Notes: generated by a model not told the origin, from the letters alone. A stretch of DNA of 62,992 nucleotides, filler included, from Nemertoderma westbladi (GCA_032718475.1; 4 parts of 4 records of this genome joined end to end with filler, not necessarily neighbours in it), one strand, 5' to 3'. Numbered from the whole stretch's first letter, positions 25,420 to 38,761 are shown. A program made the numbers and translations.

Positions 25420-27870
25420 TACTACTACTACTACTAGGATCGGCATGCTGCATTGCAGCTGCATTTTTAAGAATGCTGTGCCGGCTTATCGACAAAATTG
25501 CACCGCCACAACTCCCTATCACCCATGACATTTGCTAGATCATCCGCATCTTCAAGGCCAGTGTCCTTTAAGATGCGTCTCAAGAAAGTCATGGGCTGTC
25601 CACCATGCTTATTCACTCCATGAGGCTGCCAAAGTACAAGATTATGCACTGGCTGGTCCTCACGGCGAAAGCAATGTCCTGCAAAGCGGAGGCGATTTTG
25701 TTCTAGTGTCAAGCTTGAGGGAACCAATGAGACACCTCCAATGTTATATAGTGTCTGGTTGGAGATGTGTGCATTGTACTTGACACAATGAACCCGGCGT
25801 AGCATTCTTGTGAATGTGCCATCCAGAGATTTGGTGTCCTCAGCAGTTAGAGCCCAGCATGGACTCCCATAGAGGAGTACTGGAACTACTGCTGCTCTAA
25901 ATAACCGGACCTTAAGTTTCCGATTAATTCTCGGTGACTTCCAAATTCTGGCAAGCCTATTCAAGGCTGTTCATGCCTTTCCCTTACGTATTCGAAGGTC
26001 CTCACCTGACTTCCGGATCCATGATCCCAGGTAACAGAAGTCATCCACATGCTCAAGCATACCATCTTTTGAGCTTATGCTCATCCGATCAGAGACTTGC
26101 TGAGGACTTTCAAAGTTAACTGTCAAAATTTTGGTCTTTCTGGAGTTAATAAAAAGACCAACACTAGAAGCAGCATGTTCTAAAGAGCTGAGGAGCCGTT
26201 GGGCTCCCTCTAGTGATTCTGAGAGTACTCCTAAGTCATCAGCAAAGTCTAGATCAGTTAGGTACTTGGCAGGATTTCCTCGACTTCTGGAGCCAGTAGG
26301 TGGAGTTATCATCACCCCATCATCATTATGATGATCTAAGGACATGCGTAGAACATAGTCAACAACAATTATGAACAAGAATGGTGCAAGTGTGTCTCCC
26401 TGGAGGACGCCCCATAACACTTCAAATGGTTCTGTGTCACCGTCAACAGTAGACACAAATGTTGTCGAACCATCGTATACTGATCTGATTGCTGCAATAA
26501 TTTCATCAGGAATCCCATATAATGAAAGTATGCTCAACATACGTGAGCGAGAGACTGAATCAAAGGCCTTGAAGAAGTCAACAAAGATAACAGCCAGATG
26601 CCTGTCTTTCTTTTTTGATAACTCTTCAATTATCCTTCTAAGTGCCAAAATGGGCTCCATGGTCCCACGACCTTTACGGAACCCATTCTGATTTCCACGG
26701 AGCAGTCTCTCAATTGGATCTCTGATGCGATTTAATAACATTCTATTGTATAGCTTTGCAGCAATTGAGATCAATGAGATTCCCTGAAAAGAACCATAGA
26801 GTGTTAGGTTGCCCTTCTTGGGAACTGGCACCAACTTATTTGTTTTCATTTCTTGTGGGACTCTTGTTGTACGGTACATGTCTACTATGATGGGATAGAT
26901 GAGCTTTAAACACTCAGGTATTTTAAAGACCTCAGGGGGAACACCATCTACTCCACTGGCACGATTGGTCTTAATGCTCTTTGCAGCAGCCTTCACTTCT
27001 GCAAAGGAGATATCACCAATGGGAATATCTGGGAGTACAGACTCAGACACTTTTACTTCTATAAAGTTATCAGGCAATACCCTGTCATTATTGAGGAGCT
27101 TTTCAACCATTGAGGCGATCGGCTGGTGATTCAGCCTTAACCTTGGTGGTTGGTTGGCTTTTTTGACCAGCAAGCAAGTTGATCGATCTCCATGCCTGGG
27201 ATGATTGCCTGCTGTCATCAGCATCATTGATGGCATCAACCTGTTGGTTTATTAGCTCCTGTAAATTAACCGAGTACTGCCTGTTCAGGGACCTAGATGC
27301 AGCCTTAACTGCATTCTTGGCCGCTGTAGTCTGTTTGAGTCGGGACTCTTTCTGCGCCTTGTAGAGGTCATTTCGGCACTTCTGAATTTTGTTGTCAGTC
27401 CAGGGGGCCCGTTTCCTGTTTCGAGGGTATACAGGAACTGTTTCTGCAGCTGCTAACTTAACTGCCTCTGTGAAGGCAGTATAGCCCTCACAGTGATCTG
27501 CCGCCTCAGAGGCAAGAGCCTCATACCTGTTGCTCAGTTGTAGTGTGAAGCTGGATCTCACACTTGGCTGTTGCAACAGAGAGGACCAGTCATGCTGCGG
27601 CAAGGCAGATTTCGTTGTTCTGCTAGCACGCAGACTAAGTCTTACCTTGGCCACAATAAGGCGGTGATCACTGGAGAAGGGTCGTAGTGTAAATGCATTA
27701 CAGTCTTGTATAGAGCTCCTGTATTTCCTACGAAACAGGATATGGTCTATCTGGGACTTGTGACCACTGGGTCCACTATGAGTCCATAGCTTTCCAGTTC
27801 GCTTCTTGAATTTGGTTCCAGCCGAAAACAATCCATTTCCAGAAATAAAATCCTGAAGATGGACGGAATT
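25420..27870 (-). mobile_element. RTE-clade LINE (family A), 5'-truncated: end of APE endonuclease plus RT
   Basis: SQIDHIL and SSDHRL (EN); QNGFRKGRG, VDFFKAFDSV, GVLQGDTLAPFLF and LDFADD (RT). One frameshift at ~27110, an in-frame TGA at 25971, and a 3' (TAG)n tail at ~25420-25437. Confidence 0.95.
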
Positions 27871-27958
27871 TCGGTGCGTCGATTTCAAGGTCATTTCAAT
27901 ATGCCATCAATGTCATTTCAATGTCAATGCTACTTTCAATGATATTCTATGGACACAT

Positions 27959-28001
27959 TTTGATCAAACTTTGATCAATGTTTGATCAAAGTTTGATCAA
28001 A
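27959..28001. repeat. Inverted repeat, 20-bp arms with 3-nt spacer, built from TTGATCAA
   Basis: TTTGATCAAACTTTGATCAA-TGT-TTGATCAAAGTTTGATCAAA. Confidence 0.85.
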
Positions 28002-28184
28002 GGAATGCTTTTTGAGAGTGGGACTGTAGACACATTTCAATACAGTAATACTTATCTATTAGATACCTAGAAGCTATGTACCTATATTATTGTTTATATG
28101 TTTTAACATCAATAGATTGTATAAATTATTAAGTAATTTCAACAGGACTTAGGATGATCCAACTCTATAGCAAATGGAGTGGAA

Positions 28185-28265
28185 AAAATAAATTCGCCAC
28201 CAGCGGGGAACGAACCCGCGTCTCCCGATAAACGTTCAGGTATGCAGATCACTACAGAGGCTCCT
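28185..28265 (-). mobile_element. Degenerate tRNA-derived (SINE-like) head
   Basis: Minus strand CGGGAGACGCGGGTTCGTTCCCCG resembles a T-arm/B box. The A box is decayed. Confidence 0.45.
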
Positions 28266-28732
28266 GCATCCTTCATCTGCATTGATTTTCTATAGATTGG
28301 GAAGCTACCCTAAGGTTGCTATTGAATACAGTCCGGCCTTACAGATGGATTTAATCTGTATACGAATACAGTAGCAGCAGTTATAACCTGTACTGCAAAC
28401 AATTGGATTAGTGAATGGTTTGCATTAGGTTTGCATTATTGATAAAATTAACAGATTCGTAATCAGGGTGATACGAAACATGCTATAATTTGGCCTGGTG
28501 ATTTTTATGGAATGATCAAATACAGTATGTATGGCATTATTATAAATAGTATAACTAATATATTTAATACTATTTATTTATACAATTTATTTAAAACACA
28601 GGTAAAATATTTTGAAAATATCATTTTTGGAATCAGGGTGTTGAAGTATCCAACAAATTTAAATCAGTTTGGCTGGCATTTTTCTTATATAAAAAATTGG
28701 TTCAGCCCCACCGTGAAATACCACCGTTAGTT

Positions 28733-29245
28733 CGGTCTCCGGACAATTCGTACCCGGACAATTCGTACCCGGACAATTCGTACCTGGACAATTCATACCG
28801 AGATAATTTGTACCCGGATAATTTGTACCCAAAAATTTTTTTGACGGGTACGAATTCTCCGGATGCTGACTAGTGAAAATACGCTATAATGATTTTTTAT
28901 TCTAGCTAGTTTTTGCTAATTTTTTTATAAATGTTATAGAACACATGTTAGCTATCAATTTTGATAAATATTTTTGTTCTACAACATTTTTTTCTACATT
29001 TTTTTGAAAAAATACCATCCTACTGTTAGAAGGGCAAATAATATTTGTTCTGGAAAAATACCTACATTATCTATATTCGGACAATTCGTACCCAGACAAT
29101 TCTTACCAATCATAAAAAAATTTCGGGTACGAATTGTTCGGGTTACGAATTGTCTGGGTACGAATTGTCCGGTACGAATTGTCTGGGTACGAATTGTCTG
29201 GGTACGAATTGTCCGGTACGAATTGTCTGGGTACGAATTGTCCTA
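28733..29245. mobile_element. Non-autonomous DNA element with inverted arrays of GGACAATTCGTACCC
   Basis: About six direct 15-bp units at 28741-28830 and about seven inverted units at 29125-29243. Confidence 0.75.
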
Positions 29246-29589
29246 ACTTCATTATAATGTACTGTAGGGTGACACCACTGCAAGCTTCCAACACCACTAT
29301 ATGATCTTGTAAAGAGCTAATCGTGTTCAGTAGTAACAATATATCCAACCCACTTTCCGAGAAAGGTGAAATATTACTTAAATCCTCTGGAACTAAACTG
29401 GCAGCGGATTCAGATATAAGTAAAACGTGGCCAATGCCCAACAGTGGCAGTGATTACGTTCCGGTACAACCCCCATTGATGACCATTGTAAACATAGGCG
29501 AATACATAATCACACAGATGATGCTTGCAAGGCGATGACGCGGGTTCTCCTTCAGTTCCTGTACCAGTGCCATCATAACTTTGTTATTC

Positions 29590-29650
29590 TACTCTACTAC
29601 CACTAGGGCGAACGAACTCGGACAGTGAAAATGAGATACTTCCAGGCTGC
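29590..29650 (-). mobile_element. 3'-terminal fragment of RTE family B
   Basis: CTACTACCACTAGGGCGAACGAACTCGGACAGTG... matches 59785-59840. Confidence 0.75.
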
Positions 29651-29726
29651 CAGTCATTGCAATGTAGCCGCCTCAGACATACACAGACAGGGAGACCTGG
29701 AGATGATTATTCACCGATTATTCTAT

Positions 29727-29990
29727 CCGCTTTGCAGGACATTGCTTTCGCCGTGAGGACCAGCCAGTGCATAATCTTGTACTTTGGCAGCCTCATGGAG
29801 TGAATAAGCATGGTGGACAGCCCATGACTTTCTTGAGACGTATCTTAAAGGACACTGGCCTTAAAGATGCGGATGATCTAGCAAATGTCATGGGTGATAG
29901 GGAGTTGTGGCGGTGCAATTTTATTGACAAGCCGGCACAGCATTCTTAAAAATGCAGCTGCAATGCAGCATGCCGATCCTAGTAGTAGAT
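29727..29990 (+). mobile_element. Short 5'-truncated copy of RTE family A
   Basis: Nearly identical to the reverse complement of ~25430-25690 (HNLVLWQPHG...KPAQHS) and ends in TAGTAGTAG. Confidence 0.92.
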
Positions 29991-30562
29991 TATTCTAACT
30001 TTTCCGCGAAATTATGTCTGTAAATGTTGGCAATAAGACGATAATAGGAAACTACAGAATCTGGTTTTGAACGCCCGGATATCAGTATACTGCAACTGTA
30101 GCAGTACCAAAGTACCAATAAATAATAGATAGATAGCATTGCTTTATTATATGTAGAGGTATATGACCAGATGGACGTAAAATACATTAGCACATTATCA
30201 TTGCTACCCAACATAACAACCTCATTTACTTCCTGATAAAATAATTGAGAAGGACAATAAACTGTTGGTGTAGTTGGTACATAAGAAATTGTGTTTGTAT
30301 TTATTTAGTAGATAAGGGGCGCTGCCCATCACCTACTGTAACATTAGGTGTTATGGTAGGAGATACATGGTCCGTCACATAGATTAACTTTTATTTTATA
30401 AAAACTTGACATTCGTATGAAATTGGCATTAACACAGTATAATGTATCTCATAAAACACAAACTGTAAGCCTACAATACTGCTGGTATTTAAATTAAAAT
30501 ATTGAAGTAAATTTAAATAAAAAATAATAACAGTAATAATATTAATGATATATTAAAATAAA

Positions 30563-30779
30563 ATGGATCCTAAGAGTATCAAAGCCATTGTAACAGGAGG
30601 AGGTAGTGGTATTGGTAAAGCTATTTGTAATGTTGTAGTAGAAGGAGGAGGTAAAGTTTGTATTATAGATGTTGCTGAAGATAATGGTAAAGAAGTGGCC
30701 AATGAATTAAACAAAGGGAAACCTGAACGAGTTGCGTTCTTCATTAAAGGTGACGTCAGTGACTATGATGGACTGGAAG
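30563..30779 (+). CDS. Short-chain dehydrogenase (15-hydroxyprostaglandin dehydrogenase/ADH-like), exon 1
   Basis: MDPKSIKAIVTGGGSGIG Rossmann motif, IIDV (acidic residue implying NAD preference) and GDVS. Phase-1 donor G|GTAATT at 30780. Confidence 0.92.
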
Positions 30780-31019
30780 GTAATTTACATGTGTTTAATA
30801 ATTGTTAACTGATGTGAAATGCATTAGCTTGGGGGGGGGGGGGGGGGGGGGGTGATATAATAAATTTGTAGAGCAAGAACTATTTTTTATTTATAGTATG
30901 CAAGAATAATGGTGAGTAAAATTATGAGTGAATAAAATAATAGGCCTTGAACATTTTGCAAAATAGTAAGTATTGGTACCTTGGAAAATGCGTAATTTGT
31001 GTAATGCTCTAATTGAAAT

Positions 31020-31650
31020 CATTGTCATAATAGAAACAGTGGACTTCACACCTGCCGAACACCAGAGAAACATTAAAGGTATTCTAATCATTAACAACTG
31101 GATTAGATTAAATCCCTGCCTATGTGTATGGGAAACAAGAGTGCTAAACAGTAATTATTGGATGTTGAAGGAGGGGAATGCCAATTATGAATAAAAGTTA
31201 ACTGAAACTTTTCCCCAAGAATGGAGTTTTCAGTATACTAACAAACGCTCTCAAAATCAACAATAGATCAGATACTCGCGATACCAAAGAATTAAGTTAA
31301 AATTCATGCAGTTCTGATATTTTTGGACAATCCATCAGAGTACCTTACTGATCTATACTTTGCTGATCACTTACAGGTACTGCCAGAATCACTTGAGGGA
31401 ACTCAAAAGCTCCTCTGCTAATTGGAATAGGTTGCTTTTACTGTTAGTATTTTTGTAATCTAAATTGGAAGACCAAAATGAAGACATTCAGATAAGTAAG
31501 GGCCAGGCACGGGCATCATCAAATAGTCTGTCCAGGATTTGGAAGTCCCATAGAATAAAATGGAACCTCAAGGTTCGATTATCAAAGTACAATGAGCACA
31601 TCTCCAATCAGACTTTATACAACCTTGAGGTATATCATTACTCTCCCCTA
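31020..31650 (+). mobile_element. Old RTE LINE fragments in the SDR intron
   Basis: 31030-31090 matches the family B RT N-terminus. 31340-31640 resembles family A (LTDLYFAD, RIWKSHRI). Confidence 0.65.
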
Positions 31651-31662
31651 GCTGACACTTAA

Positions 31663-34265
31663 CCCTTTCGGTACCTAACTGGAAATAATTCATACCCCAA
31701 GTGCCCAACTCTAATTCATGAATTTCTGAAGTCTGACAGTCTTTCTGTCAGTTTGTCTGTCAAGACTTTAGAAAGAATAAAATCTACTAACATTCTCGCT
31801 ATGGGGGTTTTCTTTGTCAAGCATTTCATTTCCGCTGTCAGTTTTCATTTTTGACCCCATCCAGACTGTCTGTCGGTCTGTCTGTCGGTCTGTCTGTCAG
31901 TCTGTCTGTCAAAAGTATAAGGAATCACATTAGCTAATTAAAATTCTCGCTATGGGGGTTTTCCTGGTCAAGGATTCATTTCCACTGCCAGTTTTCACTT
32001 TTGACCCTATGCAGACTGTCTGTCAGTCTGTCTGTCTGTCAGTCTGTCTGTCGAAAATATAAGGAATCACATTAGCTAACTAAAATTCTCTCTATGGGGG
32101 TTTTCCTGGCCAAGGATTTCATTCCCGCTGTCTGTTTTCCCTTTTGACCCTATCCAGACTGTATGTCGGTCTGTCTGTCGGTCTGTCTGTCGGTCTGTCT
32201 GTCTGTCAAAAATATAAGAAATCACATTTGCTAATTAAAATTCTCTCTCTGGGGGTTTTCCTGGTCAAGGATTTCATTTCCGCTGTCAGTTTTCACTTTT
32301 GACCCTATCCAGACTGTCTGTCGGTCTGTCTGTCGGTCTGTCTGTCGGTCAGTCTGTCCGTCAAAAATATAAGGAATCATATTAGCTAATTAAAATGCTC
32401 TCTATGGGGGTTTTCCTGGTCAAGGATTTCATTTCCGCTGTCAGTTTTCACTTTTGACCTTATCCAGACTGTCTGTCGGTCTGTCTGTCGGTCAGTCTGT
32501 CCATCAAAAATTAAAAAAAATAGAATGTAGTATATCAAACGTTTAGTAATTTAATATGTATTCACATAGGCCTAGACAAAATCACGATGCCACATCACAA
32601 CAAAACCAAGACAAAGGGGAGGTTTTGTCTCACATACCGGCCAATAGTAACGAGTTAAGACAGTTATAGCTCCCTTGTTTGCATAACAAACACGACACCT
32701 TCGGCGAGGTTTAGGGTCGTTCTCGGTTGGTGGTAACAGGTCAACAAAGTGATATGCATTACTCGTACTTCGGTGTGGGGAACATGGAGCAGGGGATGAC
32801 TCACGGGATGAATCACGTGATGAAGACTGTACACGTTTCAATGGTCTGGCAGAATGTATATGGGTTAGATGAAGCACAGTCATCTTTAAAAAATAGACAT
32901 ACATAGCTTTTTCGTTCTTCTCACGTTTATACATTAGGTATCCATTTACAACCAACCGAGCAATGAAGTTAATTCCAATCTTCTTTAACCATAAATGATT
33001 CTTTCTACAGGGATTGTAATATTTGAGCAGTTGATCTTGTACGTCTACTCCTCCCATATGCTTGTTGTAGAGTTCTATAGAAAGAGGTTTTTTATATTCA
33101 ACCTTGTCACCGCCACGAAGAGAAAGAGTTGAAAAAGAGTTTTGAAACTAAAGCTGCGTTATCTACAGTTGACAGCAGATAGACATCACGTTTATCAGTA
33201 AATTTCACAATTGGCTTTTCTTTATTTCTCATAAAAGTTGATGTAATCGGTTTCTGATTCAATGATACTAACTCTGCGTACTCCTGGTACTCCTCGTTTG
33301 ACCTGGATTGTTCCTCTCATTAGAGTTTTCCTCGAAATCAAAAAATCGGACAATCGAGTGCTGGAATACCAATTATCTATGTGGACAAGATATCCCTTGT
33401 CCAGTAAATCTGCTCGTTGCAACAACAGCGCAACGATATTCTCACTATGAGAAAGTTTAGGTGTAGCTGATACTTGAGGAATATTTGACCCGCTTTCATA
33501 GTACACCATGCTAGTAATCATATATCCAGACGAATCAGATAAAATGAATGATTTCATGCCGAACCTAGCACGTTTAGTGCGAATAAACATTTTGAATGTC
33601 AGCCGGCCCTTGTGTAATAACAACGATTCGTCTAAAGCTAAGTTGACATTTGGTGTAAACACTTTACAGTTATTGTTTACTATTTCTAGAAAGTCATTGA
33701 CTCTCGTTTCTCGTTGTGCTGGAACTACATTATCCTGGTCTGCAAACCGGAGAAATTTTAGTATATACAGATATCTATTTCTAGCTATACTATTGGGATG
33801 AAGAAAGAAAGGAGTTGTCATTAGTTCATCCGTAGCCCAGTAGGATCTAATGCTGGGTTTCTGAATAATTCCCATATGTAAAGTTAGGCCAAATTCTTTA
33901 TTTCCCCAAGACTAACCTCCTTCCACTTCGGTACCGGCACCTTTTTTGTTACAGCTGATCCAGCAGCCCCACCACCATCTGATGTTCAGGCACTACGATC
34001 AGAGACCACAGTGTCAGCAGCTTTGGCAGGTAGGTCATCATGGTACATTTTTGCGCATTTATTCGTCCAGTTTGTAATTGAAATCAATAGTTCCTTCGTT
34101 AGAAAACGTTCCAAGCCATAAAGTTCAAATCCGTAAAGTTAGTCGTATCAATTCCTGACATCCACCCAGGTTCTCCTGTAAATTCGAATTGGCTCACAAA
34201 CTCTACTCCCGGAACTACAGTTTCCCATTCGTTCGATTCGTCGAATCCACTTCTACATCTTATCG
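31663..34265 (-). mobile_element. piggyBac transposon (PGBD4-like transposase pseudogene), one end retained
   Basis: TTAA|CCCTTT terminus at 31659-31668. ORF pieces carry LALDES, KRARFGMK, IDNWYSS, MGGVD and a C-terminal RRRCRVC...C..LC Cys-rich domain. Frameshifted, with the 5' end missing. Confidence 0.9.
31760..32505. repeat. ~145-bp tandem repeat (about 5 units) with (CTGT)n blocks, in the piggyBac subterminal region
   Basis: Repeated ATTCTC.CTATGGGGGTTTTCCTGGTCAAGGATTTCATTTCCGCTGTCAG...CTGTCTGTC. A related single unit lies inverted at ~55770-55870. Confidence 0.88.
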
Positions 34266-34273
34266 TACCAACT

Positions 34274-34436
34274 GCACCAACTTATTTGTTTTCATTTCTT
34301 GTGGGACTCTTGTTGTTCGGTACATGTCTACTATGATGGGATAGATGAGCTTTAAACACTCAGGTATTTTAAAGACCTCAGGGGGAACACCATCTACTCC
34401 ACTGGCACGATTGGTCTTAATGCTCTTTGCAGCAGC
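34274..34436 (-). mobile_element. Internal RT fragment of RTE family A
   Basis: 163 bp matching 26828-26990 with one visible mismatch. Confidence 0.93.
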
Positions 34437-35779
34437 GGTAAGTACGAAATTGCAGAATAACAATTTGACACCACCTAGCGGATTAACATATGATTGTATA
34501 TCGAATGAATACATTTATAGCATGGGATATTGGGTCCAAACTAGACATGCCCCATTTGCTCTATATGAACCGTATGCCAAGGCTTGCCGACTACGTGCTG
34601 CGCGAAGTCCCCACGAACGTGTGTAATATAGGTAGGTACTCCTGCTAAGTTAGGCGGTAGGCCAGAGCGGGCTCCTTAAATACATGCAACTACTGTATTA
34701 TACTGTAGGTCAACTATAAAACATTTTGCAATCCACAGTGAGTAACAACTGCAATAGGACACAACACACTGCTTTGTGTAACTAAAATTCATTCTCCTGA
34801 CCCCCCCCCCCCCCCCCCCCCCCCCCTAACATAGCAGAGTGAGTAACCTTATTGTAGATATACCCTTAAAGAAGCACTGGGAGAGCAATCAGCTTATGAG
34901 GTAATACTGTCCCATCCCATCCCACCCTCGCCCCACAAATAAGGCGCTGCAACCGGCTGCTACGCAACCTAAATGTTGCCATATTTCTCACACCCCACAA
35001 TAACCCAAACCTTGGTAATCACCTATTGAGAAAAGCCCTACCACCTGGTAAACCTGGCAAAGCTGGGCAATAGGTGTAGCTGTCACAGTAGCTGGCTGGG
35101 TCTTATAGTGTTCTGGCGGCCGGGTACCGAGCGGGGTGGTAGGCCTACAGTTCTACTTCGATAGGGGTCTGTATTTACTGTTGATGTAGGGGATGGGTGT
35201 TCCTGACCTGGATGTTGGGGAAAATAGCTTATTGTCTTTGCTTCCATGTAGGTAGTAAACAGTTAGTCAGTCACTACCATAAAAAGCATCTGAGCCTCTC
35301 AGCATGTGAGATGCCTGAACACTGAAGTATAAATTGTGGTTAAATTAGTATAACCTACAGTTAGAAGGAGAGAGAGGCTAATAGGTTTTATCCTGACCAA
35401 TCGGTGTCAGGATATTGCGTAGCTATTTGCTATCCTGCTGGTAGATTAATCGGATTATTGTCTTTAATTAATCTCTCTTAAAATAATTAATCTATTGGTG
35501 GCGGCATAATATTAGGATGTCGTCGCCTTGTAGGTATGTAATTAAAATGCACTGTACCAATAAATATACTAAACACAATAGCTTTACACTAATATGTGGA
35601 AGATTGTGCAGTCATGTGACTTCCAATTTGGTTCTATTGGCAACGTTCCCTGCTTGTAAGCTTGACCTTTGTAGCTTACAAGCTGGCTTGTTAATCGTTT
35701 CCCATTAATGACTAAAAACTGTTTAAGGTGACATATTGATTTTCTGGATGGGGGAGTGCTCTCAAGGCTCGCTCCAGTA

Positions 35780-36500
35780 ACAGTAGCTTAACCATAGTGG
35801 AGCAAAAATGGTTAGCATTACCTGCACGATTGGGAGGGCTCGGTCTTCCAATTCCTTCCATGATATCCAAATCCAATGAATATTCGAAATAGAGATCGGT
35901 GTGTAAACTGTTGATGGATCACAGACCTGCCGTTTGTATGGTAGCAGTGCGGGAAAGTCAGAACATTATTGTAAAGGAGCAGAAAACATTATCCAATGAA
36001 GAATCCTCAGCAGCATCAGTATGATTGCACAACAGACTTCCTTCTATGGCTTCTCCACTCAGTTGCATGTAGGAATGGAGTTTCCAACTGGGTAAATACC
36101 AGACCATCCAACATCCATGAGTTTCATCTCTCAAAATCTGATTTGCACGATGCCATCCAGATCTGGTACAACTTGGAACTGCAGTCAACTCCATCACTAT
36201 GTGCCTGTTCAATGTGCCATTCAATGTAACCCACATATTATCATGCCCCATGGACGGCTTCCCAGCTGTCTGTCACAATGAAATACGTGATTTCATTGCT
36301 AACACAGCCACTGAAGTGGCACATGATGTTAGAATCGAACCGTTCTACTCTCGCGCATGGGAGAGAGTTTATTCCACATTTGAATACCATGAGGCAAGGA
36401 AATGCGCTCAATATGAGGTAAGAATTAGAGATATGTGGAGATTGACACGTTTGTTTACCCAATTTATTCTATCAGCATTTGGGGGACTAACTGGTTGATT
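35780..36500 (+). pseudogene. CRE-like non-LTR retrotransposon fragment (RT thumb, CCHC finger, start of restriction-like endonuclease)
   Basis: LALPARLGGLGLP at ~35812 and HILSCPMDGF...HNEIRD...EVAHDVRIEP in ORF 36199-36498. Heavily decayed. Confidence 0.75.
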
Positions 36501-36550
36501 AGTAAAGATATATTACAAGTATGATACTAATTATCCCTGCATTCTGTGTT

Positions 36551-38761
36551 TACTACTATTACTACCACTAGGTCGAGCGAGCTCGAACTGAGATGAAATC
36601 CTTCCAGGCCTCCTTATTTTCCATAGTTGTTGCAATTTAAATTCTCTCAAGTCCAGTATCCCTTTCAAGTTGGTCTATATATGTTATAGCCGGTCATCCA
36701 CAGCTACACTTTCCTTGTATTGGTTGCCAGAAAGTAGATTGTGTAGATTACCTCATGTTTTCTTCTCCAGCAGTGCCTACAGCATCTTAATCTGTGTTCA
36801 TAGATGGTGGTTGGTACATGCAGTATTGTACCATAAAGCATACCATTTCTCATGTTACCTCGAGCTGATTTTTTTTACAGCTTCTCTTAGTAGTCTTGTG
36901 TAGCAACCATCAATTCGTAGTCCGTCTTGTCATATATTTTACTTGAAAGGCTGACTTCAATGTTTGGTGGCTGTCCAAGCAAGTTGCTGGAGTAATCTTA
37001 CATTTCCCAAAACGTTCTTCAGGGTTATCAGTATTGATGCACCCCTTTGCTGAACAACTTTTCCAACCAGATAACTCATTTTCAGTTCGCCAGGTAAGTC
37101 TTGATTGTTGCTGTATGTGAGCAGTTGTAATTTCTTCAATTTTAGCTAGCTTTCTCAACATTGTTGATGTTTTCGTTTGTTGGTTGTTCGCTCTTTATTT
37201 TGTAGGCTGTCTCAAGATCATCTGTCTTACAAGTAAGCTCAAAGTCTTGCCATGCATATACTTTTTTCGTTTGAGTTTCTGGGGAATATGCCTCTTGGCT
37301 GATTCCATGTGGACTTTTATCATATTCTGGTATATTGAATCAGTAGACTGGTCTTCCGCCATTGATTGAAGTACTTCTAAGCGGTTTTGAACTTCTACTG
37401 TATAAGCTTCCTTTACTGTATTGTCAATTCTGAGTTTCTCCCATCTGATTTGGTTCTGATTAGCATGCATGTCCTGGGTTAGCTGGCTTTCAAACTGCAT
37501 CTGATCTCTACAGTAATGATTATGTGGCCCGAACCAATTAGGTTGAACAAGCTATATGCCTGGCAGATAATCATGTTGTTCCTCCCTCTACTTTTGTTGT
37601 AATCCACATGTGCTTTGGTTGCATTACAGTATTGAAAGGTCCACAGTATCCTCATACTCTGTTCGAAAGTGGTGTTTGTTGGTATCAATTCAAATTTTCC
37701 CATTAGGTCTAAGAGTAAGCACAAATTTATTTCTGTTCGAACTGGTGTTATAGGTGTAACACTTGATGTCTTCTGGTCCCATTTGGGCATTCAGCTCACC
37801 AGCAATGTCTTTGATATTGTGTTTCAGAATGTCATTTTTTATAAGCAAGTCAGATTTTCATAAAACTTGAGTGCTTATTCAGGCTCTGAGGCTTTGGTTG
37901 AACTGTAGCAACATATTACTGTTGGGATTTCTATCAAATGTTGCAATCATGACTTGGCATTTATAGATTCGATGTTGTTTATTATCTGAAGTGCAAATGG
38001 GCTTAGCATAATTCCTAATCCAACAATTGATGAATTAGTCGAATTTGTTTCTGCTGAGCTTGTTACAAATGAACATCCATGTACTTCATGGCAGGATCTT
38101 CATGACAAATCTGATGTTTTTGGATACAGATGATGTCGATGTTATATTCAATGGCCACACCTGCAATGTCACCCTGTTCGCTATGTGCTTTCCAGTGTGC
38201 ATGCATTCATTGTAGCAATCTTTAGTGTCTTTTTATATTTCAACAAGTTGATTCTTCTTTCTTCACTGTCCTCTGTTCCAGAGGCCAATTTTTCGACCAC
38301 AGCCTGGTGTGCCATTGAGGGATGTGGTCCTTGTTGACCCAGGCGATGACCAAGCTGGTATTTCTCCTGGAAGGTTTTCATACTAATATCTTCCAGTTGC
38401 AGGAGTAAACCGCTTATACTCGCAACTCTTACAAGTACAAGTACCTACAAGAACTAGTAGGCCACCATTGGTTGAATACCTTCAGCCGTCCTTGTCTGAA
38501 TGGCTAGCCATTTACCTTCCACCTATCCATGGCCTAGTCATGTCATGCCAAGCTCAGTCATGCTGCCGAATGTATGGGTCCTTTTGTTATACTGGTACCC
38601 TAAACCAAGAGTGCCTCCCACTTCCTGGTTAGGTCACCTTACACTGGTAGAGAAGCATCCAGTATAGACATAGGGGCGTGCATTTCTAATGCAGATACAT
38701 ACTCAGGTCTTTGTCTTCAATGGTACCCTAGGCACTTTAACCCACAATGACTTATTTAGTT
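36551..38761 (-). mobile_element. RTE family B copy with 5' UTR, EN and 3' end but the RT deleted
   Basis: (TAG)n tail and 3' end match 59785-60140. At ~36920 the sequence jumps to the match of ~62340. EN start KIATMNACTL is present, and the 5' UTR matches 41424-41635. Confidence 0.85.

Noticed and set aside
29270-29580. Coding-like stretch between the MITE and the RTE fragment
   Set aside because: Short frames with stops and no recognisable motif.
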